Below the pieces are notes generated by a model, which had not been told where the DNA came from, searched no databases, and saw only the letters and a program-made list of their open reading frames with translations. A DNA stretch of 33,455 nucleotides from Atractiella rhizophila. Lineage: Eukaryota. The stretch covers positions 1-33,455 of the forward strand of contig MU271670.1 in NCBI GenBank assembly GCA_021432655.1. Reading direction: 5' to 3'. The translations under genes and the position numbers were made by a program. This document shows, one piece after another, positions 10,905 to 23,826 of the stretch; the first letter of the stretch is position 1, and each line of letters opens with the position of its first letter.

Positions 10905-13900
10905 ATGTCCTCTCCACTGGCTGCCTACCGTTTCCCGCCCCCGTCGCCCACCGTATCCTCTCCAACATCCTATCGCTTCCCACCAATCCCAAACAATCCT
11001 TCCTCTCGATCCTCTTCTTCGCCCTCCAAGCGAAATTCATCCTCCCCTCCTCCTGCTTTTACACCGCCCGCCAAACGCAACAGACTTTCCTTCGAGCGGC
11101 ACCCCTCATTTAGACGGCGCGGGTCTCTCCCTTTACCTCAATTAATCAACTCGGTACCTAATGGATCTGCTGGTGACATGGAAAATGGCCCAGCGTTCCT
11201 TAACGAAGCGAGGAGAGGGAGTCTCCCCGACATCTATGCGAATGTAGGGGCTGGGTGGGCCACGCATGCATGGGGCTCCAACGGACAGGGAAGCTCCAAG
11301 GGGGTTGCAGAAGAAGAGCCGGAGGAAGAGGAAGAGTATATGTCCGTTTCTGAAGGCGCTTCGGAATATGGGACTGTGAATGAGTCGTTCGAGAATTCGA
11401 AGATGGAAGTGGAAGTAGAAGAGACCCATGAACCGCCCATCATCGTCAATCCTCCGTCTCCTGACGCTCGCGCTTCCTTTCCGACATCGCAGGCAACCGC
11501 TGTCAGAACGACTGAACCGCAGACTCCTCCGCAGAGTCCTCCACCCAATGGATTGGGATTCAAAGGCTTCAACCTTCACTCTCTCTCCATAGCTTCCTCT
11601 CCTTCCGCACCGTTAAGTTCCCAACCACGACGCTTAAGCGTAGACCTGAAGTCGCCCTTGGCCTCGTCTAGTGAGAGGCGGAGAAGTGTGGATCTCCGAA
11701 TGGGAACGGGAGTGGGAATGGAAGGTGGAGGGACGAGCGGTTGCATGACTGGTTTTGGAATGGCAATGCAAATGGCCGAGGGGATGTCTAGAAAGGAAGA
11801 GGAGTATGTTTTCCAATCCCTCGTCTTTGCAAATGGCTAATCCTGTGGCAGATGGGGGAGGAACGTTCATTCCGTCCTCAAGCATTGCATCTCGCTTTGT
11901 TCCCTGAACGAATCCCCTATCCATGCTCACTCGCACGCACATACGCACTCTCATCCTTCCATCATCGCCGCCTCACTCAACGTTCCTTTACTCTCTCCCA
12001 CCTCGACCACTTCCTTTCCTCATTCGCCTGCTGGATCAACGGTCCCTTCCTCCTCGCACTCGGAAGATAGTCTTTCCACGGACGGTTCGAATCAGAGCAG
12101 AAGCAGTTCCATCTCCTCTCAAGGTGCGGCATTCGTGACTACGGCCATCGATGGATCACACGGTGCAGAGCGTGGGAGAGGGGAAGTGAGAAGGGAGGAT
12201 TTGCTACTCATGTTGCAAACCTGGGAATTCAGCTCCCTAATCCTCGAAGAGCATACCCTCCTAGCGGCAGCTAGGATTGTATTTGGCGCTGTCTTGAATT
12301 TGGAGGGAATGGAAGAGACATTGCGGCCACACTCTATTGGCGCAGGCGAAGAAGAGGAGGACTGGAAAAAATCGCTCGAGGGTCAGATCGCTCTTTTCCT
12401 TGCCTCTCTTGCTGGCGCCTACCACTCCAGAAATGGATACCACAACTTCTCTCACGCTGTTGACGTCCTCCAAACCGTCTATTGGATGCTGGAGAGAATG
12501 GGCCTCGTGCCGCCACTTTGGAATGAAAGGAAGGTGTGGAAGAGAAAGAGCAGCGTCAAGAAGAGCGTGGTAGCGAAGCTGTTGGGACCAGCAGAGTGCT
12601 TCGCTTTATTGATTGCGGCGGTGGGTCATGATGTAGGACATCCAGGACTCAGCAACGCATTTATGGTGCGTCTTTCGCAGTCTGCTTCCTTCCACTCATT
12701 ATTTACCCAATTTGCCGCGCAGATTAATGGACGAGCACCGTTGGCACAAGTGTACTCGGAAAAGTCGGTTTTGGAAAATTTTCATACCGTCACTCTCCTC
12801 CACATGCTCAAGCGGTTCAACCTGGGCTACCTCCTCGACGCGTCGTCTTCCTCAACAACCTTCAAGAAGACTCTCATGTCATCCGTATTAGCGACTGATA
12901 TGGCAAAACATTTTGGATTTGTGGAGCGCTTGGGACAAGTTGAGGAAAGAGGCGGATGGAGGGATGCAGAGGAGGACAGGTTGCTTTTGTGTTCGACGCT
13001 GATGAAATGCGCCGATATATCCAATCCTGTGGGTAGTAATCACTTGCTTAGCTTGCTTAGCTTATGATGCCTTTCCAGACGCGCCCACACGAAATCTCGA
13101 AGCTCTGGTCAACAGCGTTGTTTAAAGAATGGGCCGTCCAGAGCGAGTTCGAGTCTGAGTACTCGCTACCATTGACATTACCAAGGCTGGAGAGGGAGAG
13201 CGGCGAGGTTATTGGACCCAATGGCATTGAAGGAGAGATGGACGGCAAGAGTCGACTTCAACAAGCCAAGGGGCAACTTGGGTTTATCAACCTCTTTTGC
13301 AAACCCTTGTTTGAAAATATGGGAAAGGTCATCGAAGGTCAGTGCCTGCACCCGTCCCACGGCAAAGATTGAAGTTGCGTGAACGATGCAGAATTCGAGG
13401 AGTTGGTAGAAAGGCTTCAGGAAGGAATCGTGGCATGGGAATCCATCGCTAGTGGCGGTAAAACAGCTTCCCTAAAGTCTCATTCAACACCACGGCCGCA
13501 AAGACATTCCCCACCACTCGACGCCACACCGCGCCTCATCCAGCGCTCTGCCTCCAGTTCTCCTCCACCGTTCATCCCTCCTCTGCGCACGATTCCCTCC
13601 GCCCTTAAGACAACCATTATTCCTTCAGTCGCTGCAACAGTCGCCCCATTCTCTCCCTCTTTCCCACTGTTGGTCTCGCACACCGCACCCGAGGACCTGC
13701 TTCCGCCGAGCATGAACGTTGCACCTTCATGTGGTGGACGCTGTGGGGCATTTACTGCTAAGTGCTTCGAGTGCGTGCAGGCTGAGAAGGGAGATACGGC
13801 GAAGAGAGCGGGGGGTTGGGAGATTGAAACTGAAGAAGAGAGGAGAGAGTGGCCACCATATCCTTTCAGGCCAGCGAAGAAGAGATCTAGCAATACCTCT

Positions 13901-13912
13901 CTCTCAAGCTGA
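10905..13912 (+). CDS. PDE2: Class I 3',5'-cyclic nucleotide phosphodiesterase (PDE2-like, HD domain)
   Basis: Motifs YHNFSHAVDV, AAVGHDVGHPG, SVLENFH, LATDM, KCADISNP, QLGFI. GT-AG introns at 11804-11851, 12666-12722, 13029-13078 and 13338-13391 give one continuous frame. Long Ser/Pro-rich N-terminus. Confidence 0.93.
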
Positions 13913-14484
13913 GACTGTGGTAGAGTTGCTGCTGGGGGTGGAAGTGGTTTGTTTGAACTACCGTGTATGTCGTTCTTCCTTCGATGTTTCCCTTGGGTAT
14001 GAATCTTAGCAATTTGTTATGTTGTGACAATCCAAGCTTTAGCCTTTTCGTCCGTCCGTATTCAGTGGTAATAGAGGATGTTTATGTCCTTCATCATCAC
14101 ATCTCATCTGGTACCTGTTCAAGTTTTCCTCCATGGGTTTACTTTTCTTCTCGCGTCAACGTCAACTACGAAGTACGGCAACATGTTACCCTGTCTTCCC
14201 TATTTCATGTTGAAAAAACAAACAAGAATAACTAAGTGTGTCCGTTTTGTTCAGCCTCGTTCTGATTCCGATTTCCGGGCTTCTTATGCTTTTAAAGTGT
14301 GTAGATTGACCAACAATGTGTGAATTGAACTAGTCTGTTCTACATGATATTTGCGATTTAAGTGAGAAGGGAGGATTATTCGTAAAACAACTTCTTACTC
14401 TTGTTGTAAGTCTCCATGACAAGTTCAGTTTACGATCCACGGTCGTCTCAGACTCTGAAAACGGAGGCGCTTTCCTTCATACCT

Positions 14485-16026
14485 TCATACGTCTATCAGA
14501 CGACCCGTTCCCACCCCCACAGCTTCCTCCTCGTGAATTTCAGCTTCAATGTCACTTCCATACGCAACCAACCCATCCTCTGCCTCCTGCAGCCTCGATG
14601 AGACCTGTTCCATCAACCCCAACGCTCGATCTGCTTCGCTTCCTTCTATCATTTGCCCAACTTCTTTCACTTCCGCCCTCAAAATAACCCATTCACCTTG
14701 CCGTTCTTTCTTTTCTACTTCCACTGTTGCAACAACAAGGACGGTGGGAAACTCCACCATCATCTTACCCTTCAGGGCTACGAGCCAACAATCCGTGGGG
14801 GACAGAATATGGAACGTAGGTTTTGGTAGTTCTTTGTTCTCCGAAAATGATGGACGTGGTGACAGATCAGGTATTGAGTGATTTGTAGGGACGAACGCGG
14901 GGAGTTGAGCAGCAGGAGGGTTGACCTGAAGATTAGCAGGAGGGTTGACATGAAGATTAGGCACAGCAGGCCTAGCGGCGTGGAACTGTCGATGGTGAAA
15001 TGGATATGATAATTCGTGCCCGGGTGGAAGTAGCGGTTGCATGAAAGGCTCCAGCGGGAGAGGTTGGATTGCATTTTGGGTAACAGACGGAATCTGCGGC
15101 TGCAACTGAGGAGGTTGGAAATTATGGGATGGAGCCGCAGTTCCCCAGACCCGGATGCTCATATTTTGATTCGGATAGGATTTCGTGCGTTGTCCTTCAG
15201 GCTGCCATTGAGATTGCTCCTGATCTTCTTTCGTTGCTGGTGCAAGGAGATCCGAATTCTCACGTTTTCTTTTCTTCCCTGTCACTTCGTCACTGCCATC
15301 GTCGTCTTGAGTGAGTAACAGACTCGGAACGGCAAGGAGGAAACATCTCTCTCCTTCCTTGATATTTTCTGATACTCTCGGCCCTGGATCATTGATAAGA
15401 GATGCGACCGACGGATCAGCAAAAGCGCGGGAGAAGGATGCGCTGACTGTCTCGTCTGCGGGTACTAATGGTGTGATTTTGACGCTATTTTGTGGAGTGG
15501 AAGAAGCGTTCTCGGAATCGGGGGTTGAAGTGATGTTCCATTCGACCGTGAGGAAAATCTGCTTTCGTCTGTGTAAGTCAACAAAGAAAGTCAGCACGCC
15601 ACGACTATCATGGAAAGAAGTCAAAGCGCACTTATCATCCCATTTGCCCGTGTTCAGCTCTCTCCGCTCCATGCCGACGGGCATTCGCCTCACAATCCAT
15701 CCGTGCCTCCGAATTCTTCTCTCCCACTCAATCTGTTTCTTACTCGCCCGCTTCTTTGTCAAAGACGGGTCACGTTTCACGTCTCCCAAAACCCTCCCAA
15801 CCTCCTCCAAATATCTCAAATCATTGCCCATCTCCATATATCCATACTGCTTCAGGGGAACGTATTCCGCCACATCTCTGAGCCCATTGCATCCTTGCAC
15901 GCGAGAGTTCAAAATTGATTTGTGAGCCCGGACGCACGCAGCGCTGCAGGTTCGAAGAGAACAGCGAGGACAGGTATATTTGGATGGGCCGGATTGGCAG
16001 ATCTGACATAGGACGGGATGCACCAT
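14485..16026 (-). CDS. BCD1: Box C/D snoRNA biogenesis protein BCD1/ZNHIT6-like (zf-HIT)
   Basis: N-terminal CQIC..KYTCPRCSLRTCSAACVRAHK..GCNG zf-HIT, followed by NDLRYLEEV, MPVGMERRELN, TVEW and LKGKMMVEFPT as in BCD1. Probable in-frame 63-nt intron at 15631-15569. Confidence 0.88.
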   Translation of the reverse strand: MVHPVLCQICQSGPSKYTCPRCSLRTCSAACVRAHKSILNSRVQGCNGLRDVAEYVPLKQYGYMEMGNDLRYLEEVGRVLGDVKRDPSLTKKRASKKQIEWERRIRRHGWIVRRMPVGMERRELNTGKWDDKCALTSFHDSRGVLTFFVDLHRRKQIFLTVEWNITSTPDSENASSTPQNSVKITPLVPADETVSASFSRAFADPSVASLINDPGPRVSENIKEGERCFLLAVPSLLLTQDDDGSDEVTGKKRKRENSDLLAPATKEDQEQSQWQPEGQRTKSYPNQNMSIRVWGTAAPSHNFQPPQLQPQIPSVTQNAIQPLPLEPFMQPLLPPGHELSYPFHHRQFHAARPAVPNLHVNPPANLQVNPPAAQLPAFVPTNHSIPDLSPRPSFSENKELPKPTFHILSPTDCWLVALKGKMMVEFPTVLVVATVEVEKKERQGEWVILRAEVKEVGQMIEGSEADRALGLMEQVSSRLQEAEDGLVAYGSDIEAEIHEEEAVGVGTGRLIDV

Positions 16027-16095
16027 TGTTGGGTAGTAGTAACCAACAAGACCTAAGGGGCCGCTCATTAAGGCAGGAGCACCACCAACACAGAC

Positions 16096-18662
16096 ATGGA
16101 GCTGGGCCTGTTTTATGCCGTTGTTGGAAAGGACTTCTATAACCCTCCAGCATACATTAAGACGTCAACCCAATTTCCACTTGTATCCGAACTCATAGCT
16201 CAGCTTCAAAGCGCCACCCGAATGGCATCACTCACCCTCCCAACAGCGAGTGAAGGGGCTTGTCGACTCAGGCTTTGGAAAGTCGACGCCACTCCCACGA
16301 GCAAACCACTTTCGGTACAAAAATCGCATCTAGACTACACGGAATCGGTTCTCCGATCGCTCACGTTTCCCTGGAGCCTTCCTGAGAGCGATCATCATGC
16401 TGCTCCCCCCGAAGACCCTCATTTGGTATTGGAGTTTCTTGCTCCAGGTGATCCCCTCAGCGTTTATTGGACAACTCAACCGGATGTGTCTCGCCTGCAC
16501 ATTATTGCAGAAATTCTGCCGTGTCTCCCTTCCGATTGTGTGTCAGTCTCATCTCCAGCACTTTGCTTTTCTGACTAAATTGTCAGCGTCGGCATCGCAG
16601 CTCAAACCTCACAACCTCACGAAAATACAACGACTGGCGCGCTTCCAAGTTGAAAAGCAGCGATCGTTTTCTCCATCCCTGATTTCGATGAATAACATCC
16701 GCGACGTTACTCTGAGGTCTCCATCCGTGCTCACCGACGTGAAGGATGAACTAGAGAAAATTTTCATCGTGCCCCGTGGAACAGGAGCAACCTTGGTGCA
16801 TACGCTGGCGTGGCAAATGCTTTTGTGTCCGAATTTGGTGCTGGTCAAGCTACTTCAGACCGGCTGGTGACAAGGGCAGAACTTGTCCACTATTCTACGG
16901 CCGTAGAATATTGTGGCGTTCGACTCGAGCGCTATCATGAGGCTACGCAGGCATATTTTAACATGACATACATTCATGGATCCCGTCGCGATCGAGCTAA
17001 GTTCACGATTGGGTATCCCCTTGAGGTCCAATTTTTTAGCGTAAGCTCACCTTGCGACACCGGTTTCGAGCCGACACTTCACTTGACACTTGAGTTACAG
17101 CAATAGAAACTGGAAATTTCACTTACTGCCTTTCATATCCAAGCCGGACGAGCGTGGCGAGACGAGTTTAAATATCAACCTCGGAGCGATTACGAGCTTC
17201 GAAACGACGCTGACAAACTTCCGCGACTTTTAGTTCAGGTTCAGTCGCATGTGGACCAAGAGGACGAGACGCAAATGCTGCTACAAGCTGCTGTTGTGGT
17301 TAGGATCGCGCAAAACGCCATCAACAACGGTGGAACCATGGACAAGCCATGGCAATTCATCATAACTTGTTATTATGTGGATAAAGAGCTAGAGGTTAAG
17401 CGTTACCTAATGTGTAGTAAGGCTATCGAACAGCCTAACGTAAGCACATCACTATTTAGACGCTCGCTCTGAAGGCTTTGCAGGGGGAGTTGTTTACCGA
17501 TGTGACAAATTTTGTCTCACCTCTCGACGGGATGCATTCAGGTTTCTCCTCGGTCTGTACAATTCACCATCTGTGATCGACTGGAAGCACCCCATCGATT
17601 CGGAAAATATTCAGCAAGACCTGAATGACGACGAGTTAATGCAGCACAAATCTTTGACTAAGCTGGGCAGTGACAAGACAAGCCGAAAGCGCAAACCGAC
17701 TGACGAGAATGGCGGCGATCAGTCTCAAGCCAGGATGCCAAAGTCGCAGAAAGTAGATGGTCCTGCAGTCACAAACACTCTTCAAAGCGCAGGTTACTCC
17801 CTCATCCGCCTTGAACCCAATCGTTGGAAACTTCTTGACGAGGTGCATACTTGCTAGCCGAGAACGTTCAGCACTGATGACAACATTCCAGCCGTCATCC
17901 ATTCCTTCCCCGTCAGTAGCAATCGTTCGCCGACAAGGTGAAAAGGAACAAAAGTTCATCATCAAGGTAATTGAAGGACCCGATTATGAAGAAACGGAGA
18001 TCCACTGTTCTCTCGCCTCCATTGCCGACCCGAAAAATCATACCATGAAGATCATCGAAGTTTTGAAAGTGAAGACTATCAAATTCTTGTTCTTCCACTC
18101 GACAAACCTCTCCGCACTCTCAAAAGCCAACTTGAAACTGCCCTCGCAAGCTCTCTCTGTGAGCAACTGCTCGAAGCTGTCGGCTTCATGCACGGTCAAG
18201 GCTTTGTGCACTTGGATTTGAAACCCCCATAACCTCGTTGTCACGGGCGATACTCTCCAAATAATTGACTTTGGACTGTCTTGTCGAGTTGGCTGCAACA
18301 CATTATTGAGAGGTTTCAGAGGGACAACGTCGTGGGTTGCCCCCGAAGTCGGGGAAAACGAAGGACCGAAGCAGACGTTCGAGCCCATCCCTGTCCATCC
18401 TTGGGCTACTGGAAGCATTATCCTTCGTTTCTTCGGTGCATTCCTCCCAGCTGGCCACCAGCTTTTCAAGCTTGCAGGGCAATTGACCTCCCCTGATCCG
18501 AGGGCCCGCCCACGCCTTCCAGCGACTGGAAACCTTAAAATGAGGCCCATTGAATCCCATAATCTGCCTCTTAGTAAACACATGTTAGTCCGTCCTCCCA
18601 CCGTTTATTCGAAGTTGATTATATTTATAGCAGAAGAGATTACTCTCAGCACACGAGACTAG
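16096..18662 (+). pseudogene. Crinkler-like modular gene: CRN ubiquitin-like N-terminus + REase-like middle domain + Ser/Thr kinase, frameshifted
   Basis: N-terminus has LRLWKV...PLSVYW...LHIIA, equivalent to the CRN LFLAK/HVLV motifs. Middle: YQPRSD...PRLLVQVQS...DETQMLLQ (17170-17290). Kinase: FIIKVI, GFVHLDLKP(fs)NL, IIDFG, GTTSWVAPE. Frameshifts near 16790, near 18070 and in the C5 run at 18224-18228. Confidence 0.75.
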
Positions 18663-18997
18663 AGTATACACGCCTGCAGCCCTTCGAGCAGACTTCCGTT
18701 CGATAAGAACGGAGAACTCTTCCGTTACTTTGACACTGTTCTGCGATATTTCCTCTTTTATCTCCATTTATCACCTGTTCGCGGATCTCGTTTTAAGCTT
18801 CTCTTCATTGGTGGTCCGTGATATCAAAGTTATACGTTCTAAAATATTTCAACGGAAGCCCGTGCCCGCATGCTGGAAGTGAATGAAATTGTAAGACCTA
18901 AACACAGAGTTCCCACTTACACCCGGAACACGAGTTCCCACTTTCAACTACAACGCAGGTTCCCACTTCTACCCTCTTTTTGTGCAGGAAAGGCGTC

Positions 18998-21508
18998 TTA
19001 TTCAAACAAACTCACTCCTGTAGTCGTATGTTGCTCTGGCTTGGACGATGACGATGTAGTTGAACTTGTTCGTTGGACCTTTGATTGAGAACTGGATTGC
19101 CGCAGTGCAATTCTTTTCTTGCGGTTGATGTTGCTGGCGTTGCTGCCGACCTTAGTGAACCTGCTGACGCTAGGCTCCACTTCCATATATTGGAGAAGGA
19201 GGTCTGGTCAAATGTGATCCATCCGCTTTAGGGCATCGACGTGAGACGATTGGAGGAGAGCTGCCTTAATCACGTTGATCAGACATTTACAAGCTTCTTC
19301 GCATCAAACGAAAGCTTCATCTTTTTACGACTTGCCCAACGCGCAGCCTCAGCAGCTTCCTCCTCCCCGGTTGGTGGTTGCAAAAATCGCGACAACAGAC
19401 TGTCAATGTCGGAAAGCTCGAGCATTGCGCAACATTCTTTGGCTATATCATATCGAACCCTTTTCGGATCCGGACTTCTCGCGTAGCGAGTAGATAGGAA
19501 AAGGCGAAAAATAATTTTATGATAGGCCCAAAAATGTCAATCTGTATGATCTTGTCCTCTTTAAAGCCGTTGGCTTGGCCCATCATATCGTTATTTTTGA
19601 GTCTGCTGAGTTACTGCCAAGGTATCCGATGTTCTTTGAATCAAGTTGTGGGATGACTGTTTTGGTGATGTGCGCATAGGTAAGGACACACAAGATGTGA
19701 TAGATCGACTCGAAGTCGTCTGACAATATGTGAGATTCTTGTCCAGATATCCTCATGGCCGACATAAACATCCATGTTCCCTAAGTGAAATGAGCAATAC
19801 TCCCGATTGAAAGAGCTCTGATTCACTGTCCGCTAGTGACTGTTATCTCCATCTCCTTCCTTCTTGATGGCAAAATCTAAGACTTGAACCACAGCGTCTA
19901 TTTCCTCGTTTTCGTTGTTGGAGAGGTGAAAACCACGTTTCCTGGCTGATGTCTCGATGGAGTATGCCAACTTTATTCAGTTCAACGATACCTAAAATGC
20001 CAAATATCAGGTACATACTGACTTCACAGCTCTTTATTCACCTTGGACTGCCCCCACGATTGCGACAAGGAGTTCATACCCGTTCTTGAAAGTTGACAGA
20101 GAGCGAACAAATGGCAATACCATGAGGTGAAACTGTTGATTCAGAAACTGTACGTCCGTTTGAGCCCGACCGTTCATTTTTTCACTAGCCAATTCACCCC
20201 GCACCGAGTTGATTGTTGAATATTCACGACCGATAGCAGGACCACCATACAGCATTCTCTGAACGTGATTTGCCTTGAGTTTCTCCCGCTCCTGGTAGAT
20301 TGTAGACTCCGGCAGACGACCATTGCCTGTGTATGCCCAGCTCGCCTTGATGAAAACAAATTCGTCCTTGTCGCGGTCCCATCCCGCAAAAAACCTGGCA
20401 TTTCTCCCACACAGAGACCCCGGATACCTGCCCAATGGGATGGCAGTGACTTTCCGAATGGATAATCCAGAGGGAGGGGCGGAAGGTGTAGTCAGGCCAC
20501 TATGCCCAGTCTCACATGCACATGCACAGAGCGGTATTGCGATTTCCCAATAATTTGCAGACACCTGGGTTGGATCGTTAAAACCAGCCGCTTCGATTTT
20601 TGACACGTGCGCTATGAAGAATTCTCGAGCGAATTCACAATCGGCTGGTACCAGATTGAATTGTTGATTGATTCCTCGTTCAGATAGCGGCGAAGCAGAA
20701 AAGGTTTTCATAAATTGCAAGAATTGTTCTGCATCATCTTCGTTCTTGAAGACGAACATGTCGGTGAAGATGACGGCTTTCGGGCTTCATCGAAGAAGGC
20801 TCCTGGAACCTTTGAAGATGAAAACAAGGACGGCGCTCGTTCGATGTTGCGTCTGGGACATGTTGAAGAGATAGTGAAGCAGCTGATTGCAGCTGATTGA
20901 GCGCTTTTATACGGTTCTGAGTCAGGCTGACCTTCTTGTCGAACGGATCTTCGTCCTTCAACAACTTGAAGCGCCAATGAGTTCTGCGTGCAGCCAACAC
21001 ACTTTGTCTAATCAGCGTACTTCGTGACAATGGCCACAGCACTTTGTACCGCGCACTTTTTTCGTGTCGACTGCGAAGAAATCTGGTCGGTTAAGAGATG
21101 ACACTTTCTGGTCGCAACCCTTGTGAACATTATAAAGGCGTAAGTCTGATGACCTGCAGACTTCGTTAAGAAGTTCGATCTATAGCGGTGTGTATCAATG
21201 CCGGATGTTGAGGCAGTCGGTTCATGATTGTTGAAAACACAAAACAGGATCACTGCTTCTTTTGGGTACTTTTGTTGACTTCATCCATTTTGTTATTTCA
21301 GCTGAGGATATGGACTTATTGTCCTATCCCTGGAAAAATCGTGCGAGAAAGTCGCTCTTTGTGGCTCGAAAAAATCATCCCTGAGTTTGGGACGCGATTC
21401 TGTGGACATTAGATGTCTCAATGACATCGATCCTAGTCTGAACCGGTGTCGAGGTTTCTTCAAGGTCGTAAAGCCGGTGGCATCCATAGGAGAGTGACTT
21501 TGCTTCAT
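18998..21508 (-). pseudogene. Fungal-type protein kinase (FunK1 / Pkinase_fungal), decayed
   Basis: SLCGRNARFF, VFIKASW, LSTFKNGYELLVAIVGAVQG, GILHRDIS(fs)GNV (~19970-19930), RT|GTWMFMS, HILSDDFESIY. Several frameshifts and an in-frame TAG near 19833. Ends are approximate. Confidence 0.82.
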
Positions 21509-23299
21509 GGACGTAATAGACGTGTGGGTGGAGGTGACCGTGTTCGTAGGTACACCTTTTAGGTAACACAAAATTTGATGTTGGTTTGGGTTCAAATGTT
21601 CATGTTTGGGATGCTGGTTGTTGGAGTGCGATAGTGGTACAAGTTTGGTGAATCTGAATTCCAAACGTCCATAACATGAGCACTTTCTAGCCCCATTGCT
21701 GTCAACTTGACTCAATGTAAGTAAGTGCCACAAGTATTTCTTAAGTCTTGTCGGCGCTAAGGAGCTAATTCTCGCTGCTGGCACGCGACATTTGATCATC
21801 TTAAGAGAGCAAACAAAAGTTTTGATTGCTGTATCGGGCCCAAAATGGGACACTTAACAAAGGTTGTCTTTTCTTGTAGTATCTCCAAAAAAGACCTGTC
21901 GGATCCAGCAAGGTGACGAAACAAAAAACATGGAGCGCTTGAACCGGCCAACTGGGGAAAGACAGTGACAGAAAATCCCCAGTGGTGTACACGGCCCCTC
22001 CGATGCAACTGAGAATTGAGATTGCTTGGATGTGGACAAACAATGTGTCGGAGTTGCTCCACCACACTCCTCAGAGGAAGAGCTTTAAGGTGGTGGAAGA
22101 GTTGCCGATCGAAGTCATCGAAATGGTAGCTGGAGCCGGCGCTGATCGGATCGATGTCGATGGAGTGCTGAAGGGATGGACGGGTGTGCTACTATTAGAT
22201 AAGAGAGGAGATAAAGCCTTCTGTCGGGGACCCTTGGAGAAGGCAGATTATGTCGTCAACCATTCTATGGTCTTGGGTCACGATACTGCTGCCGCAGTCA
22301 TCCAGTAAGCTCTACCTATCCTACCTCTGATTCACGTCGTTAAACAGACCCAAAGTCATACATCTCAAGAAAAGATCGCGTCGTGCTTGATCTGGGAGAG
22401 AGTTGTGGGACGTGTTACAACTGCACAGGTGGTACGTATGAGCTGTGTTCAACCTCCATTCCCAACCCTGTCGCTTTGGCCAGCAGAGGACAATAAAGAT
22501 TAATTGGACGAGACCGAGGACGAGGTCGGAGAGGAGGATGTGGCCACCAACAACGAAGAGATCCTTTGTCGATGATAGATCTAAGCATTTGATCTATTTA
22601 CATTTCAGCTGTCGCCATTAAGGTTGAACTGAAATGCGAGTAGAGATGGATGGCAAATCAGAAATAGCGGCCTCCATGCTATAGCATGGATCGTCAACTC
22701 CCTATCGCTTATTAAAAGAGCCTATGTGACAGTAACTTGCACCGTACGCCAATGCATTGCGGCATATGAAGAGATTACGCAGAAAGTCGTTCTAGAATAT
22801 GCATCCAGTCCAAGAGGAGAGCACGCTTACTCCGAAGGTTAGCCATTATCCAGCATAGAGCGAACTCAAGCTCAAACGGCGCTCCCGAGAAATGTATTTG
22901 GTTACTTTTCAGTTCCATTTCACCCTCCAATGTAGAAGCTCTGACATACAATCGAGAAACCTCTTTCGCCATCTCTTGAAAGGTAGCTCATGATCTCTTG
23001 ATGTGTCGACTTGTCTTGAGGTCTCTCGGACAAATAGACATCCCATTCTGCCTCCTCTCCTCTTTCAGCAAGGCAGAATTCAACTCCACTCTCACCCTAA
23101 TTAGGGAGTTGCCTCCTGCTGGTTGCTGTTGCCTTCTTCTTCCTGACCCTAATCAGTGATAAGTTGATTTCTCATCACCCTACACTAATAGTCCCCAATC
23201 AGTTATCAGTGAGTGCAGACGTTATAAAGGGTTATATGAATAGGGTTAGGAAGAAGGGAAACATAAGAAGCCATACTGAACGTCACCCGTTGCACTCAG

Positions 23300-23826
23300 T
23301 ATAGAGCATGAAGTTGACCTCTTCAATAGAAATGCTCGCTTGAACGAAATCAGTTGGCTCTTCTATGGTGGAAGGTGAGTCAATCTCTTGATAACCCTCT
23401 TATGATTAACCTTTGGCCACAAAAGAACCATCACTACCCGACTCTCACAAAGATTGCACGTAACATCCTGACAGTCCCTGCCACTTCTGCAGATGTCGAG
23501 CGGCTCTTTTGGTGGGCTCAACATATCAACTCGGAGAGAAGAATCAAGAATGGCGATGAGGGTTCGTACCTTGGCTGAGACACTTATGACTAAGGTGTGG
23601 ATGTTGCAGGGGTTGAGATTCCGGAGACATGGTAACTGTTAATGGTTATTGTTGTTTTGCATTATTTAAGCATTATAACTTATAATGTAATTAAATTACA
23701 ATTACGAGACAGTCCTCAGATGCAACGGTAATTTAGATCAGATTATAAGTCTCAAAGTGTAGATTATTGATTATGTTTGATTAAGTTGCGGTATCATTAC
23801 ATTATAATGTAATCCTGTGAGCGCTG
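23300..23826 (+). mobile_element. 3' remnant of a second, related hAT element (dimerisation domain + right TIR)
   Basis: WWK|gtgagt intron in the same position as in the first hAT, then YPTLTKIARNILTVPATSADVERLF. AT-rich subterminal region. The end TATAATGTAATCCTGTGAGCGCTG (to 23826) resembles the right TIR at 4228-4251 (20/24). Confidence 0.85.

Noticed and set aside
22775..23100. Possible Tc1/mariner HTH remnant on the minus strand (ATFQEMAKEVS..VRASTL)
   Set aside because: Resemblance is weak, and no DDE motifs or TIRs were found.
23095..23250. Telomere-like CCCTAATTAGGG and TAGGGTTAGG
   Set aside because: Only isolated units, compatible with chance.
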